Part shown: piece after piece, positions 18,361 to 27,665 of the stretch
Position numbering within the stretch: the first letter of the stretch is position 1
Layout: every line of letters starts with the position of its first letter
Source of the DNA: Bacilli bacterium
GTDB lineage: Bacteria > Bacillota_I > Bacilli_A > RFN20 > UBA1709
Direction: 5' to 3'
Length of the DNA stretch: 64,000 nt
Assembly (NCBI GenBank): GCA_050949315.1
Contig: JBMNFL010000001.1
Span: 448,001 to 512,000 of the forward strand
The notes under the pieces: model-generated
Told to the model about the DNA's origin: nothing
The model's input: the letters and a program-made list of their open reading frames with translations, nothing else
Databases searched by the model: none
Position numbers and translations under genes: made by a program

Positions 18361-19689
18361 TTAATCCTCATCATCAAGATTGCCAATAATGCCATATTCT
18401 ACAGCTTCTTGATATAATTGCTCTCTAAACTTGGGATGGGCGATGGAAATAAGGGCTAAAACACGTTCTTTAACATTTAAACCCCAGAGATTTACCATGC
18501 CGTATTCAGTCACAATGTAATGAACATCTTGCCTTTGTAAAGTGACAATTGCCCCCGGTCTTAACTGGCTGACAATCTTAGAAACTTCTTCTCTTTCACC
18601 CGTCTTGGGATTTTTAACCATCGCGGTTGAATATAGACAAATAAAGGCTCGGCCGCCTTTTGAAAGTTGAGCACCAATTGCTGTATCGGCTTGACCACCC
18701 GCCCCACTAAATTGTCTAGACCCAATGGATTCCGAACAGACTTGACCTGTTAAATCAACTTCTAAAGCGGTATTAATGGAAACTTGATTATCGTTTTGGG
18801 CGATGACATGAGGATCATTAACATAACAACCGTCCAATAAGGAAACGGCGGGGTTATCATCCACAAAATCGTATAATTCTCTAGTCCCCACAATCATGGT
18901 GGTAACTGCCTTACCAGGGTGTAAATTCTTCTTGCTGTTATCAACGACACCAGCCTTCATTAATCTCATTAGCCCCGTTGTCAAGAGTTCGGTATGAACA
19001 CCTAAATGTTTCTTGTTAGCTAAAGCCGCACATACGGCATCAGGAATGCCCCCAATACCAATTTGAATGCAATCACCATCACGGATCTGGGAAGCGATAT
19101 AGTCACCGATAATTTTATCCTTCTCACTAAAAGTACCTTCAGGGACAATAGGTGGTTGATAATCAACTTCGATAAAGTAATCTACTTCATCAACTTTAAC
19201 TAAACAATCCCCCCAGGTTCTTGGATAATTGGGATTAACCTCTAAAATGACTAGTTTTGCCGCCGCCAATATTCTTTTCTCATAGGTGTTAGAAAGCGAT
19301 AAAGATACATAACCATGCTTATCGGGAAGTGAACAAACACCTATAAAAAGATCAGGATGAGGAACGTGATGTAGACGCCTAATGGCTGCAAAATGCAAGT
19401 GGTTAGGAATAAAAGACACGTTGCCATTGGGATGAGCTTTCCTAAGCGGTGGTGAATAAAACCAGCCATCACAAGCAAAGGAATGCCGGTATTTACGATC
19501 TAAATAAGCAAGATCGCTGAAAGGTAGGCAGTTGGTGATCTTCACGTTCTTAACGCGGTCAGCAATACTTGGTAAAGCCCCCATGAAGGCTCTAGCCTCG
19601 CCGCCACCTAAACCCGTCACGATGTGATAATCGGATTTAACAAACGATAAAGCCTTTTCTAATGTGATAATCTTGTCTTGATAGTTCAT
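18361..19689 (-). CDS. Acetyl-CoA hydrolase/transferase family CoA-transferase (Cat2/But-like)
   Basis: IQIGIGGIP, GVHTE, EVDLTGQVCSE, SGAGGQ, VTEYG. Confidence 0.92.
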   Translation of the reverse strand: MNYQDKIITLEKALSFVKSDYHIVTGLGGGEARAFMGALPSIADRVKNVKITNCLPFSDLAYLDRKYRHSFACDGWFYSPPLRKAHPNGNVSFIPNHLHFAAIRRLHHVPHPDLFIGVCSLPDKHGYVSLSLSNTYEKRILAAAKLVILEVNPNYPRTWGDCLVKVDEVDYFIEVDYQPPIVPEGTFSEKDKIIGDYIASQIRDGDCIQIGIGGIPDAVCAALANKKHLGVHTELLTTGLMRLMKAGVVDNSKKNLHPGKAVTTMIVGTRELYDFVDDNPAVSLLDGCYVNDPHVIAQNDNQVSINTALEVDLTGQVCSESIGSRQFSGAGGQADTAIGAQLSKGGRAFICLYSTAMVKNPKTGEREEVSKIVSQLRPGAIVTLQRQDVHYIVTEYGMVNLWGLNVKERVLALISIAHPKFREQLYQEAVEYGIIGNLDDED

Positions 19690-19776
19690 AGTGAACTCCC
19701 TCCTTTTTTATATTTAAACTATTTAAAAAGCAACAAAAGCTAAATACTTTTTAAATTGATCAAACATTTGATAGAA

Positions 19777-19804
19777 AGTCGAGGGGGTGGCCTACCCCTC
19801 GACT
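19777..19804 (-). terminator. GC-rich hairpin after the substrate-binding protein gene (mRNA stabiliser/partial terminator)
   Basis: AGTCGAGGGG / CCCCTCGACT 10-bp stem, weak U tract. Confidence 0.7.
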
Positions 19805-19823
19805 ATACTATTAATGAGATAAA

Positions 19824-21323
19824 CTATTTCTTTAAATTGGTTGGAATATGATCCATGACGTCTTTAAGTGTCCTAATACCATCAACAGCAACTAAGGTGT
19901 AAGCACCGGTAGAAGTCTTTTCTAAACTGATAGTATTTAAGGCTAAACTAGTAACACCAAATCTGTTACCATCTGAGTAATCAAGTGTGCCACCCATTGG
20001 AAGTGAAACTTCTTTTTCTTCCATGGCCTCAATGTAGTTCTTCCAAGTTAAGTCCTTATTAGCAGCTTTAACTCTCTTTAAACCTTCCACGAAAATCTTA
20101 CCAGCGATGTAGCCAGCCATACCATAGGAGTTGGCCATATACTCTGGATGACCATTTCTAGCAACACATTCGGCATAGTCCCAGTAATCTTGGCTATAGG
20201 CGGTAGCTACTTGGACCCAATAGAAATCTCCATTTGCTAGAACAGCAAAGCCATACTCATTTTTCTTCTCGTTAATTTCAGTCTTTACAGTATCGGTTGG
20301 AACTGCAAGCGTATACTGATACTTCGTAGCATCAGCTGGATTATCAGGATCGACTGTCACTTTGTAATAGGCCGTATGAGTAACTGCTCTAGTTACATCT
20401 GTAATATCTAACCAAGCGGTGGTATAAACGGGTCTATCCTTAGTGATAACTTTGTTATCAACTAAATCCCCTAGCGTTTTCGTATTGGCACTAACATAGG
20501 ATGTGATTACCTTAGCATCGTAGGCTGCCGCTTTCATGTAGTTAAGAATCTCCGTAAACGGAACTTGGTTAGCCGCCACGATGACGACATCACATTGAGC
20601 ATTCTTTAATTTGTTAACCGCTGCACTGTGATCAGTGCCCTGATCAGCCGCAGTAGTAACATAAGTGATACTCATCTTAACTTCTTTAGCTTGCTTCTTA
20701 ATGCCGGCTAGCATACCAGTACCAGCATCATCAGTAGTGGAAATGACACCGACTTTTGTGCCACCTAAACCCCAGTCTTCTTCAGTTGCCGCCACGGCTC
20801 TGGCTAATAAAACCTGACCTTCGGCGTCAAAAATTGGTTGCACAGGCATAACCGCTCTGTTGTAACCTTTGGCTTTTTCTTGGTATAAGCTACTAACACC
20901 AGTGGCAGCATATACCATTGGTACACCTTTTTCCTTGATGTAATCAACTGTTTGGGTGACAGTATTGGTCCCAAAGTGACCAACTAAAGCAAAAATCTTG
21001 TCTTCTTCGACTAATTTTTTGGTGTAGGTTAAGCCTTTGGCGCCATCAAAGTCGTCATTATAGTGCTTTAATTTGACATGAGCACCACCAAAGCCACCCG
21101 CGGCATTGTAATCGGCAAAGACCGCTTCAATTGCAGCATTGAATGGAACGCCAACGACAGCAAAGCCGCCAGCAGTAGCCGCAGTATTACCAACAACAAT
21201 TTCGCTTGCGCTAACGCCTTGGACTTCTGTTCCATCATACTCGACAACTTTTTGCCCACAAGAAGTGATCATGATGCCCAGCAAGGCTAGTAAGCCTACA
21301 AACCCTAAACTTCTCTTCTTCAT
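19824..21323 (-). CDS. Liv/HAAT-family ABC substrate-binding lipoprotein
   Basis: Lipobox ITSC, periplasmic-binding type 1 features (ALVGHFGT, VYAATG). Confidence 0.88.
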   Translation of the reverse strand: MKKRSLGFVGLLALLGIMITSCGQKVVEYDGTEVQGVSASEIVVGNTAATAGGFAVVGVPFNAAIEAVFADYNAAGGFGGAHVKLKHYNDDFDGAKGLTYTKKLVEEDKIFALVGHFGTNTVTQTVDYIKEKGVPMVYAATGVSSLYQEKAKGYNRAVMPVQPIFDAEGQVLLARAVAATEEDWGLGGTKVGVISTTDDAGTGMLAGIKKQAKEVKMSITYVTTAADQGTDHSAAVNKLKNAQCDVVIVAANQVPFTEILNYMKAAAYDAKVITSYVSANTKTLGDLVDNKVITKDRPVYTTAWLDITDVTRAVTHTAYYKVTVDPDNPADATKYQYTLAVPTDTVKTEINEKKNEYGFAVLANGDFYWVQVATAYSQDYWDYAECVARNGHPEYMANSYGMAGYIAGKIFVEGLKRVKAANKDLTWKNYIEAMEEKEVSLPMGGTLDYSDGNRFGVTSLALNTISLEKTSTGAYTLVAVDGIRTLKDVMDHIPTNLKK

Positions 21324-21379
21324 AGTTTTCCCTCCTTGAAAAGTTTTTTATTATTATTGTCAATGACAATTAATAACCA

Positions 21380-22141
21380 TTATTTTTTGCCTCCTAAATA
21401 GGCGGCGACTAAGCGCTCATCATTGATAAGATCAGACGCTAAGCCATGCATTGAGATTGTACCTAATTCCAAAACATACGCATAATCAGCAATTTTTAAA
21501 GTGGCAAGAGCGTTTTGTTCAACAATTAAAATTGAGGTACCACTAGCCCGAATTTTTACTAGTGTTTCGAAAATATCTTTAATGATTAAAGGGGCAAGAC
21601 CTAAGGATGGTTCATCTAAAAGCAAGATTTTAGGACTGGCCATTAGGGCCCGACCAATCGCTAACATCTGCTGTTCGCCACCTGACAAGGTGCTAGCTTG
21701 TTGTTTTCTTCTTTCCTTGAGTATGGGGAAAAGGTCAAATACTTTTTCCATATTTTCTAACAACTGAGCTTTCGCACTTTTGCTTACTTCTTTACCTTCA
21801 ATCATAAACTTTTTGGTTTTTAAACCATAAGCGCCGACCCTTAAATTTTCTTCAACCGTGAGGCCCATTAAAATCAAACGCCCCTCAGGTGACTGTGATA
21901 AGCCCATTCTAGCGATGGCATAAGCCCTTCTGTTAGCAATATTCTTGCCCTCAAAAAGAATTTCACCCTTAGTTACTTTAGCCATACCGCTGATCGCTTT
22001 AAGTACCGAGGTTTTACCCGCACCATTGGCCCCTAACAAGGCCACAATCTGACCTTCTTTAACCGTAATGTCAATACCCTTAACCGCTTGAATGGCCCCA
22101 TAATTTATGACCAGATTCTTAACTTCTAATACCTTAGACAT
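21380..22141 (-). CDS. livF: Liv-type ABC ATPase (LivF-like)
   Basis: GANGAGKT, LSGGEQQMLAIGRALM, LDEPSLGLAP. Confidence 0.92.
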   Translation of the reverse strand: MSKVLEVKNLVINYGAIQAVKGIDITVKEGQIVALLGANGAGKTSVLKAISGMAKVTKGEILFEGKNIANRRAYAIARMGLSQSPEGRLILMGLTVEENLRVGAYGLKTKKFMIEGKEVSKSAKAQLLENMEKVFDLFPILKERRKQQASTLSGGEQQMLAIGRALMASPKILLLDEPSLGLAPLIIKDIFETLVKIRASGTSILIVEQNALATLKIADYAYVLELGTISMHGLASDLINDERLVAAYLGGKK

Positions 22142-22144
22142 AAA

Positions 22145-23548
22145 TCATTCACCTTCCTCTTCTTGTACACCTAAGTAGGCGGTTTGGACATCAACGTTCG
22201 CTTGAATTTCAGTTGGAGTTCCGATGGCTAATTTCTTACCAAAAGAAATCGCACAAACAGTGTCACAAATCTCCATAACTAAGCCCATATCATGTTCGAC
22301 AAGTAGAATCGTACACTTATAGGTCTCTTGGATTTTCCTAATTAATTTTGCTAATTCCTCAGTTTCGCTATCATTTAAACCAGCTGCTGGTTCATCGAGG
22401 ATAATGAGTTGAGGATCAGACATCAAGGTTCTAGCAATCTCGATCTTTTTAAGGACACCATAAGGTAGTCCCATCGCATACCAGTTGGCATAAGGTAGTA
22501 AGCCCATAAAATTTAAAACCTTTAGGGCTCTCTGCCGAATGATGATTTCTTCAGCGGCTAGTTTTGATGAGTGGAACATATGTTCAAAAATGTTGGTGTG
22601 GTATTGACGATGAGCAGCGATTAGTAAGTTATCTAAAACGCTGACCTCTTTCACGACCTCAATATTTTGGAAGGTTCTAACGATGCCTTCTAAAATAACA
22701 TCGTGAACCACTTTACTATTTAAATCGATGACTTTCCCCCGTTTATTTTCAAAATAGATTTCACCTCTGGTAGGCTTATAAAACTGGGTAATACAGTTAA
22801 AGACCGTAGTTTTACCGGCCCCATTAGGACCGATTAAACCAAAGATTTCACCCTTTTTAACTTTGAAGCTTAAATCTTCAACCGCACGAACACCACCAAA
22901 GAACATACATAGATCCTTGACCTCTAAAACAATGCCTTCATCTAGATGGTATTCACTTTGCTCTTCAAGATTTAAACGACTCTCTTTTTGCTTTCTTTTA
23001 GCCTCCATTTTTTCAATTCTTTGGGCATATCTTTTAGCAAACTTTTCTTTCAAAATAGCATATTTTGCTTTGATTTTTTCTGTTTCCGTGGTCACGTTTT
23101 GTTGATATTCGGCCTCGGCCTTATCTAAATCAACACCGGTTGCATCTTTAACAATCTGAGCTTGAATTTCTTTTTGAAGGGCTTCTTTATAACTAGCAAG
23201 TTCTTTTGCAATCTCCTCTTCAATGGCCTTAAATAATTCCTCGCTCATTTGAACTTTCTTCTTGGTGTTCTCTAATTTATAGGCCTTTCTTAACTCTTCT
23301 TTTTTAGCCTCAACTTTACGCTCAACGATGTAATCAAAAGCCTTAGGATCTTGAAGCGTTTGAAAACGCAGAGCCTCAAGTTTTAATTTTTTATTTTGAG
23401 TGGCCTTAGCTATCTCAGTTTGGCATTTCTCTTCTAACAAATAATCCTTCGCTGCCGCGGCATCTTTATAAAGCGCGATCCGACCAACTAAATTCCGATA
23501 ACGCGCGAGATGAAAGTCGGCTTTTAACGTCTTAAGCTTTGCTGCCAT
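22145..23548 (-). CDS. livG: Liv-type ABC ATPase (LivG-like) with ~200-aa charged N-terminal extension
   Basis: GPNGAGKTT, LDEPAAGL, VEHDM in the C-terminal part; K/E-rich helical N-terminus. Confidence 0.9.
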   Translation of the reverse strand: MAAKLKTLKADFHLARYRNLVGRIALYKDAAAAKDYLLEEKCQTEIAKATQNKKLKLEALRFQTLQDPKAFDYIVERKVEAKKEELRKAYKLENTKKKVQMSEELFKAIEEEIAKELASYKEALQKEIQAQIVKDATGVDLDKAEAEYQQNVTTETEKIKAKYAILKEKFAKRYAQRIEKMEAKRKQKESRLNLEEQSEYHLDEGIVLEVKDLCMFFGGVRAVEDLSFKVKKGEIFGLIGPNGAGKTTVFNCITQFYKPTRGEIYFENKRGKVIDLNSKVVHDVILEGIVRTFQNIEVVKEVSVLDNLLIAAHRQYHTNIFEHMFHSSKLAAEEIIIRQRALKVLNFMGLLPYANWYAMGLPYGVLKKIEIARTLMSDPQLIILDEPAAGLNDSETEELAKLIRKIQETYKCTILLVEHDMGLVMEICDTVCAISFGKKLAIGTPTEIQANVDVQTAYLGVQEEEGE

Positions 23549-24626
23549 AACGTTTTACCTCCCTTTCAATCTTTTTTAATTTTGCTTTATAACGGATATT
23601 GAAAACCATCTGGGCAAAACCACCAGGGTAGTACATGACGATGACAATCATCAAAACCCCAGCTAAAAGGGTGACAATTGTCGGGTGGGCGGCAAAGAAA
23701 GCGATGCGTGAAAGAACCATGGTATCTAAGGCATAGATAAAGAAAGTGCCCGCGGTAACGCCCCACAAAGATTTGTAACCGCCGATAATGACTGCTCCTA
23801 AAATGTAAAGCGAGGTCGCTAAAGTAAATAAGGTTGAGGTTGCGGTCACGACCGCCCGATAGTAAAGCATATACAACACACCGGCAATCGCCGCGTAAAT
23901 AATTGAAATAATAAAGGCTAACAAGCGATACTTCATAAGACTAATTCCCATGGCCTGGGCGGCGGAAGTACTGCTCTTCATGGCTACCATCGCTCGCCCT
24001 GTTGGACTTTGAATTAGATTGGCAACTAGCACTGTTAAAAAGACAAACATGATAACAATTACAAAGTAAACCACTCTAGTATTTAATTGAAACACCCAAA
24101 ATAAGGTAATATTATTTGCCTGAATTTTAATGGTAGCGGCCAAAGTTTTTAATAACTTAACAATCATCTCTGAGAAGGCTAGAGTCATGATTGCTAAATA
24201 GATACCCTCAATTCTCAGCGAAATAAAACCAACAAGTACCCCAATGATAATAGACACTATTAGAGTAACTATTAAGGTTGTAAAATAATCTAGACCTATT
24301 CCTTGCATCATATAATAGGCCGTATACGAACCTATCGCGACAAAACCCGCGGTACCAAGAGAGGCTAATCCTGAATAACCGAGCAATAGACAATAACCAA
24401 CCGTGACAATACTGTAAATTATCGCTTGCGTAATTGCCATCTCATAACTGGCTGGTAAAACACCGGCTAAAATCAGGAATTCAACCAAGAATAAAATAAG
24501 CCCAAAAACAACAAACTGATAGGATTGTTTTTGTTTGATCTTCTGCCAAAAGCTGATTTTTTGATTAGCTCTTGGATCCGTTTTTTGAAGTTCTAGATAC
24601 TCTTTCTTTAAATCAAAATTTTTCAT
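23532..24626 (-). CDS. livM: Liv-type ABC permease (LivM-like)
   Basis: GYSGLASLG, SPTGRAMVA, YPGG; multi-TM. Confidence 0.88.
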   Translation of the reverse strand: MKNFDLKKEYLELQKTDPRANQKISFWQKIKQKQSYQFVVFGLILFLVEFLILAGVLPASYEMAITQAIIYSIVTVGYCLLLGYSGLASLGTAGFVAIGSYTAYYMMQGIGLDYFTTLIVTLIVSIIIGVLVGFISLRIEGIYLAIMTLAFSEMIVKLLKTLAATIKIQANNITLFWVFQLNTRVVYFVIVIMFVFLTVLVANLIQSPTGRAMVAMKSSTSAAQAMGISLMKYRLLAFIISIIYAAIAGVLYMLYYRAVVTATSTLFTLATSLYILGAVIIGGYKSLWGVTAGTFFIYALDTMVLSRIAFFAAHPTIVTLLAGVLMIVIVMYYPGGFAQMVFNIRYKAKLKKIEREVKRYGSKA

Positions 24627-24628
24627 AC

Positions 24629-25534
24629 CTATACCTTCTTTGCTACCTTTTTACCAAACAAACCCTGTGGCTTGATGAGAATGGCTACTAACAGAAGCAT
24701 ATAAACAATGACTTCATTCCAATTTAAAACTCCATCAATAAAGTTATCAAAGAAACCCACAAAACTCATGGCTAAAGGAATGATAACCGCCCCGATAATC
24801 GGACCATAGAAGGTGGAAAAACCTCCAAGTATACCCGCCAAGAAAGCGTTGACTTGATATCTAGTCATAAAGGTTGAGGTTAGTTGACCGGTGCCGCCGG
24901 CTAACATGATCGCGGCCAGTACTCCTAATCCACCAGCAATCGCCCAAGTAGCCGCTGTTATCACATGGGTGTTGACACCCATGAGTTCTGCTGTAGTTTC
25001 ATTGGAAGCGGTCGATCTAACCGCTAAACCCCACTTGCTGAACTTTAATAACAAGAAAATTGCGGCAATCACAACTATAGTTATGCCGGCACTAATCAAG
25101 GCATGGTAAGTAAAGACAACTTCACTTCCCCCAACTTCAAAAATTAAGTTACCTTCCACAAAGGGTGGAATCTTCGGTGCTTCTTGTACTCCAAAGATGA
25201 TGGGAATGATACCAATAATAATGGAAACTAACCCCATGGTAATAATTTGTTTACCAATCGCATTGACCTGGCGACCGCGCCTAAAGATAACCGCATCTAC
25301 AAATAAACCAAATAAAATACCTACGACTAAGCCTACGGCGATACTGAGATAAAAATTCCAGCCAGCATCACAGGCTAAATAGGTCGTAAAATAACAGCCC
25401 AGAGCCGCGATTGAACCCTGCGCAAAATTGGTGGTCGTTGAGGTCTTAAAGATGAGCGAAATGCCCATCGTGGCCACCACGGTCACACAAATTGTCAATA
25501 ACGATGTCGCAAGTGTTGCAAAAAGCGCTCCCAT
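24629..25534 (-). CDS. livH: Liv-type ABC permease (LivH-like)
   Basis: NFAQG, GLAVRS...AELMGVN, KPQGLFG. Confidence 0.88.
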   Translation of the reverse strand: MGALFATLATSLLTICVTVVATMGISLIFKTSTTTNFAQGSIAALGCYFTTYLACDAGWNFYLSIAVGLVVGILFGLFVDAVIFRRGRQVNAIGKQIITMGLVSIIIGIIPIIFGVQEAPKIPPFVEGNLIFEVGGSEVVFTYHALISAGITIVVIAAIFLLLKFSKWGLAVRSTASNETTAELMGVNTHVITAATWAIAGGLGVLAAIMLAGGTGQLTSTFMTRYQVNAFLAGILGGFSTFYGPIIGAVIIPLAMSFVGFFDNFIDGVLNWNEVIVYMLLLVAILIKPQGLFGKKVAKKV

Positions 25535-25537
25535 TAA

Positions 25538-26563
25538 CTATTTCCCCCATCTAATAACGTTGGCTGACCAAACATAGCCGATTCCCGCCGCAATCATGCA
25601 GACGATGGAACCATCTTTGACTTTCCCTTCCTTTAAAGCTAAGTGCAGGGATAAAATCTGATCAATTTGACCAACATGACCATAATGTTCTAAATAAATG
25701 GATTGTTCTTCTTTTAAACCGAGATCTTTAAGCATGCCTAAATGACCGGAACGTTTCATATGCAAGACGGCTAAATAATCAATCTTTTTATCTAAGCCCG
25801 CTTTTTCAAAAGACTTATCAATGCACTTATACCAATTGGGCATGGAAACTTGATTTAAACGATTTTTCATTGTAACCGGATCTAATAACCTTAAAGACTT
25901 CGCAGCTTCTTCGACATTATCAGGCGTGATAGGATTAGCAATACCGCCAATTTCCACCCCCGCTGTTCTTGCTAAAGAGCCATCGGAAATTAGATGCGAG
26001 GCTAACAAAAGATTTTTACCATAATTTTTCTTTAAGATGAGGGCGCCGCCCCCGGCACCTAAATTATACATCATCGACATATTATTGTCCGTGTAATCTA
26101 CAAAATCGCCATTGCGATAACCACCACAAACTAAGATGGTATCAATGGTATCATCGGCAATCAACATCGTACGCGCTACTTCCATGGCTGCGACACAGGT
26201 GCAGCAACGATTCTGAACATCTAGTGCCCAAGCATTATCAGCCCCAATCCGTCCTTGAATGTAGCAAGCTGAGGTTGTTAGAGGATACTCCTTATATTCT
26301 TCACCAATGCAGAGGATGACATCGATATCTAAGGGATCAACGCCTGTGTTTTTTAAACAATCTAAGGCGGCTAAAGCCCCCATCTCTTGAGTTCCATCTT
26401 CAGGTCCTTTGCCCGGCACGCATTTCTCAATAATGCCTAATTTGTTAATTACGGCTTCTTCACTCCAATGGCCTAAAGTGGCCTCAGAAATCTGTTTAGC
26501 CGTCATTTTTGACTTCGGCAAATAGATGCCGGTACCGACAATTCCCACGTTGACTTTTTTCAT
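25538..26563 (-). CDS. FabH/KAS III-like thiolase-fold enzyme with Cys-His-His triad
   Basis: GTGIYLP, DVQNRC (catalytic Cys), LHMKRS, YGHVGQ (His in place of the FabH Asn), AAGIGYVW. Confidence 0.85.
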   Translation of the reverse strand: MKKVNVGIVGTGIYLPKSKMTAKQISEATLGHWSEEAVINKLGIIEKCVPGKGPEDGTQEMGALAALDCLKNTGVDPLDIDVILCIGEEYKEYPLTTSACYIQGRIGADNAWALDVQNRCCTCVAAMEVARTMLIADDTIDTILVCGGYRNGDFVDYTDNNMSMMYNLGAGGGALILKKNYGKNLLLASHLISDGSLARTAGVEIGGIANPITPDNVEEAAKSLRLLDPVTMKNRLNQVSMPNWYKCIDKSFEKAGLDKKIDYLAVLHMKRSGHLGMLKDLGLKEEQSIYLEHYGHVGQIDQILSLHLALKEGKVKDGSIVCMIAAGIGYVWSANVIRWGK

Positions 26564-26681
26564 AAATTTTCTTTCTCCTTCATGGCTTTAAGCTCTCTTA
26601 TTTATATTTCTAACTTGCATTTCACAAATGTTTTAACCTAAGCTCTGAACGATATTCTTGTTGGGCGCAATTATTATTTTT

Positions 26682-26695
26682 TGTTAGCGCTTACA
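26682..26695. promoter_or_regulatory. cre-like (CcpA/LacI-family) site
   Basis: TGTTAGCGCTTACA fits TGWNANCGNTNWCA at every position; ~120 bp upstream of the catabolic operon. Confidence 0.65.
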
Positions 26696-26835
26696 AAAAT
26701 GAAACACGAATCTTTCTTCAGTATTATTTTTTCACATCCGTTCAATTAAGTCAAGCGAAAGAATGCAATTTCTTTTGCTAAAAGCAAGTTTTTTTAAAAG
26801 TACTAGTAAGGTAGTTTAAAAATCAAACCAAAACA

Positions 26836-26849
26836 TGAATGATTATTCA
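26836..26849. promoter_or_regulatory. Candidate TetR operator TGAAT-N4-ATTCA (copy 1)
   Basis: TGAATGATTATTCA in the divergent intergenic region. Confidence 0.6.
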
Positions 26850-26937
26850 AACTACCGTGCATTTATTTTATTTACGAAAAAAGTGCGATTTTTACGAATT
26901 ATTTTCTTAAAAACCCGAACGATAAGAAAAGTTTTAC

Positions 26938-26992
26938 TTGCAATTCGTCCTTATTTATTGTATCTTAACAATCAGTGTTGAATACTGATTCA
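26938..26992 (+). promoter_or_regulatory. tetR promoter (TTGCAA-17-TATCTT) and operator TGAATACTGATTCA (26979-26992)
   Basis: Second perfect TGAAT-N4-ATTCA lies between the -10 and the RBS (AGGAGG 26998). Confidence 0.6.
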
Positions 26993-27010
26993 CTTTTAGG
27001 AGGAATAAAT

Positions 27011-27634
27011 ATGTTTCGTTATGACAATATCAAACAACCAAAGACAAGAAAGGGGCGCGAAACTTTTGAAAGAATCGTCCGCGCTGGTGAAAAACTATTT
27101 CATCTTTTAACCTACCCTGTTGCCTCTATCACCGATATTGCTAGGGAAGCGAAAATCGGTATTGGAACCTTCTATTTATATTTTGAAAGCAAACAAAGTC
27201 TTTTTAGATATCTAGTTTTATCTTACCATCACGAAATTCGCCGCGACATCGCTGAACTTGCCCGTGATGGCAAAAACCGGCAAGAAGTGGAGCGTCTAGG
27301 TTTTAAAGCCTTCTTCCGCTACATCTTCAAAAATCCTTATGCCTACACTATTATTTGGCAATCGCTAGTCGTTGACAAAGAACTTTTTAATTATTATTAC
27401 ACAACCTTTGCCGATAAATATCGCATCGGTATTCAAAAAGCCATTGACGATGGGGAAATCTATCCCGATATGAGTGCCATTGATATCGCCTATGCCTTGA
27501 TGGGCATCACTAACTTTGTCGGTCTTAAACTTTCGGTCTTTAATGATGGGATTAAACCGACAGCCAAAGACATTGACAAAACGGTTGATGAGGCGATGAA
27601 ACTCGTCAGCCATGGAATTTTTATTAAGAAATAA
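27011..27634 (+). CDS. TetR/AcrR family regulator
   Basis: SITDIAREAKIGIGTFYLYFESK HTH; divergent from the catabolic operon. Confidence 0.93.
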   Translation: MFRYDNIKQPKTRKGRETFERIVRAGEKLFHLLTYPVASITDIAREAKIGIGTFYLYFESKQSLFRYLVLSYHHEIRRDIAELARDGKNRQEVERLGFKAFFRYIFKNPYAYTIIWQSLVVDKELFNYYYTTFADKYRIGIQKAIDDGEIYPDMSAIDIAYALMGITNFVGLKLSVFNDGIKPTAKDIDKTVDEAMKLVSHGIFIKK

Positions 27635-27640
27635 GCAGTA

Positions 27641-27665
27641 AAAAAAGGTTCAAGCGAACCTTTTT
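27641..27665. terminator. Bidirectional terminator
   Basis: AAAAAAGGTTC-AAGC-GAACCTTTTT. Confidence 0.85.

Noticed and set aside
19824-25534. Branched-chain amino acid transport as the function of the Liv genes
   Set aside because: The family name alone is weak evidence; no aminotransferase or keto-acid enzymes are nearby and the context points to hydroxy-acid esters (not formally excluded)
26610-26700. Rex operator upstream of the bcd-etf-containing operon
   Set aside because: Only a TTCACAA half-site; the palindrome at 26682 has cre spacing, not the 18-bp Rex spacing
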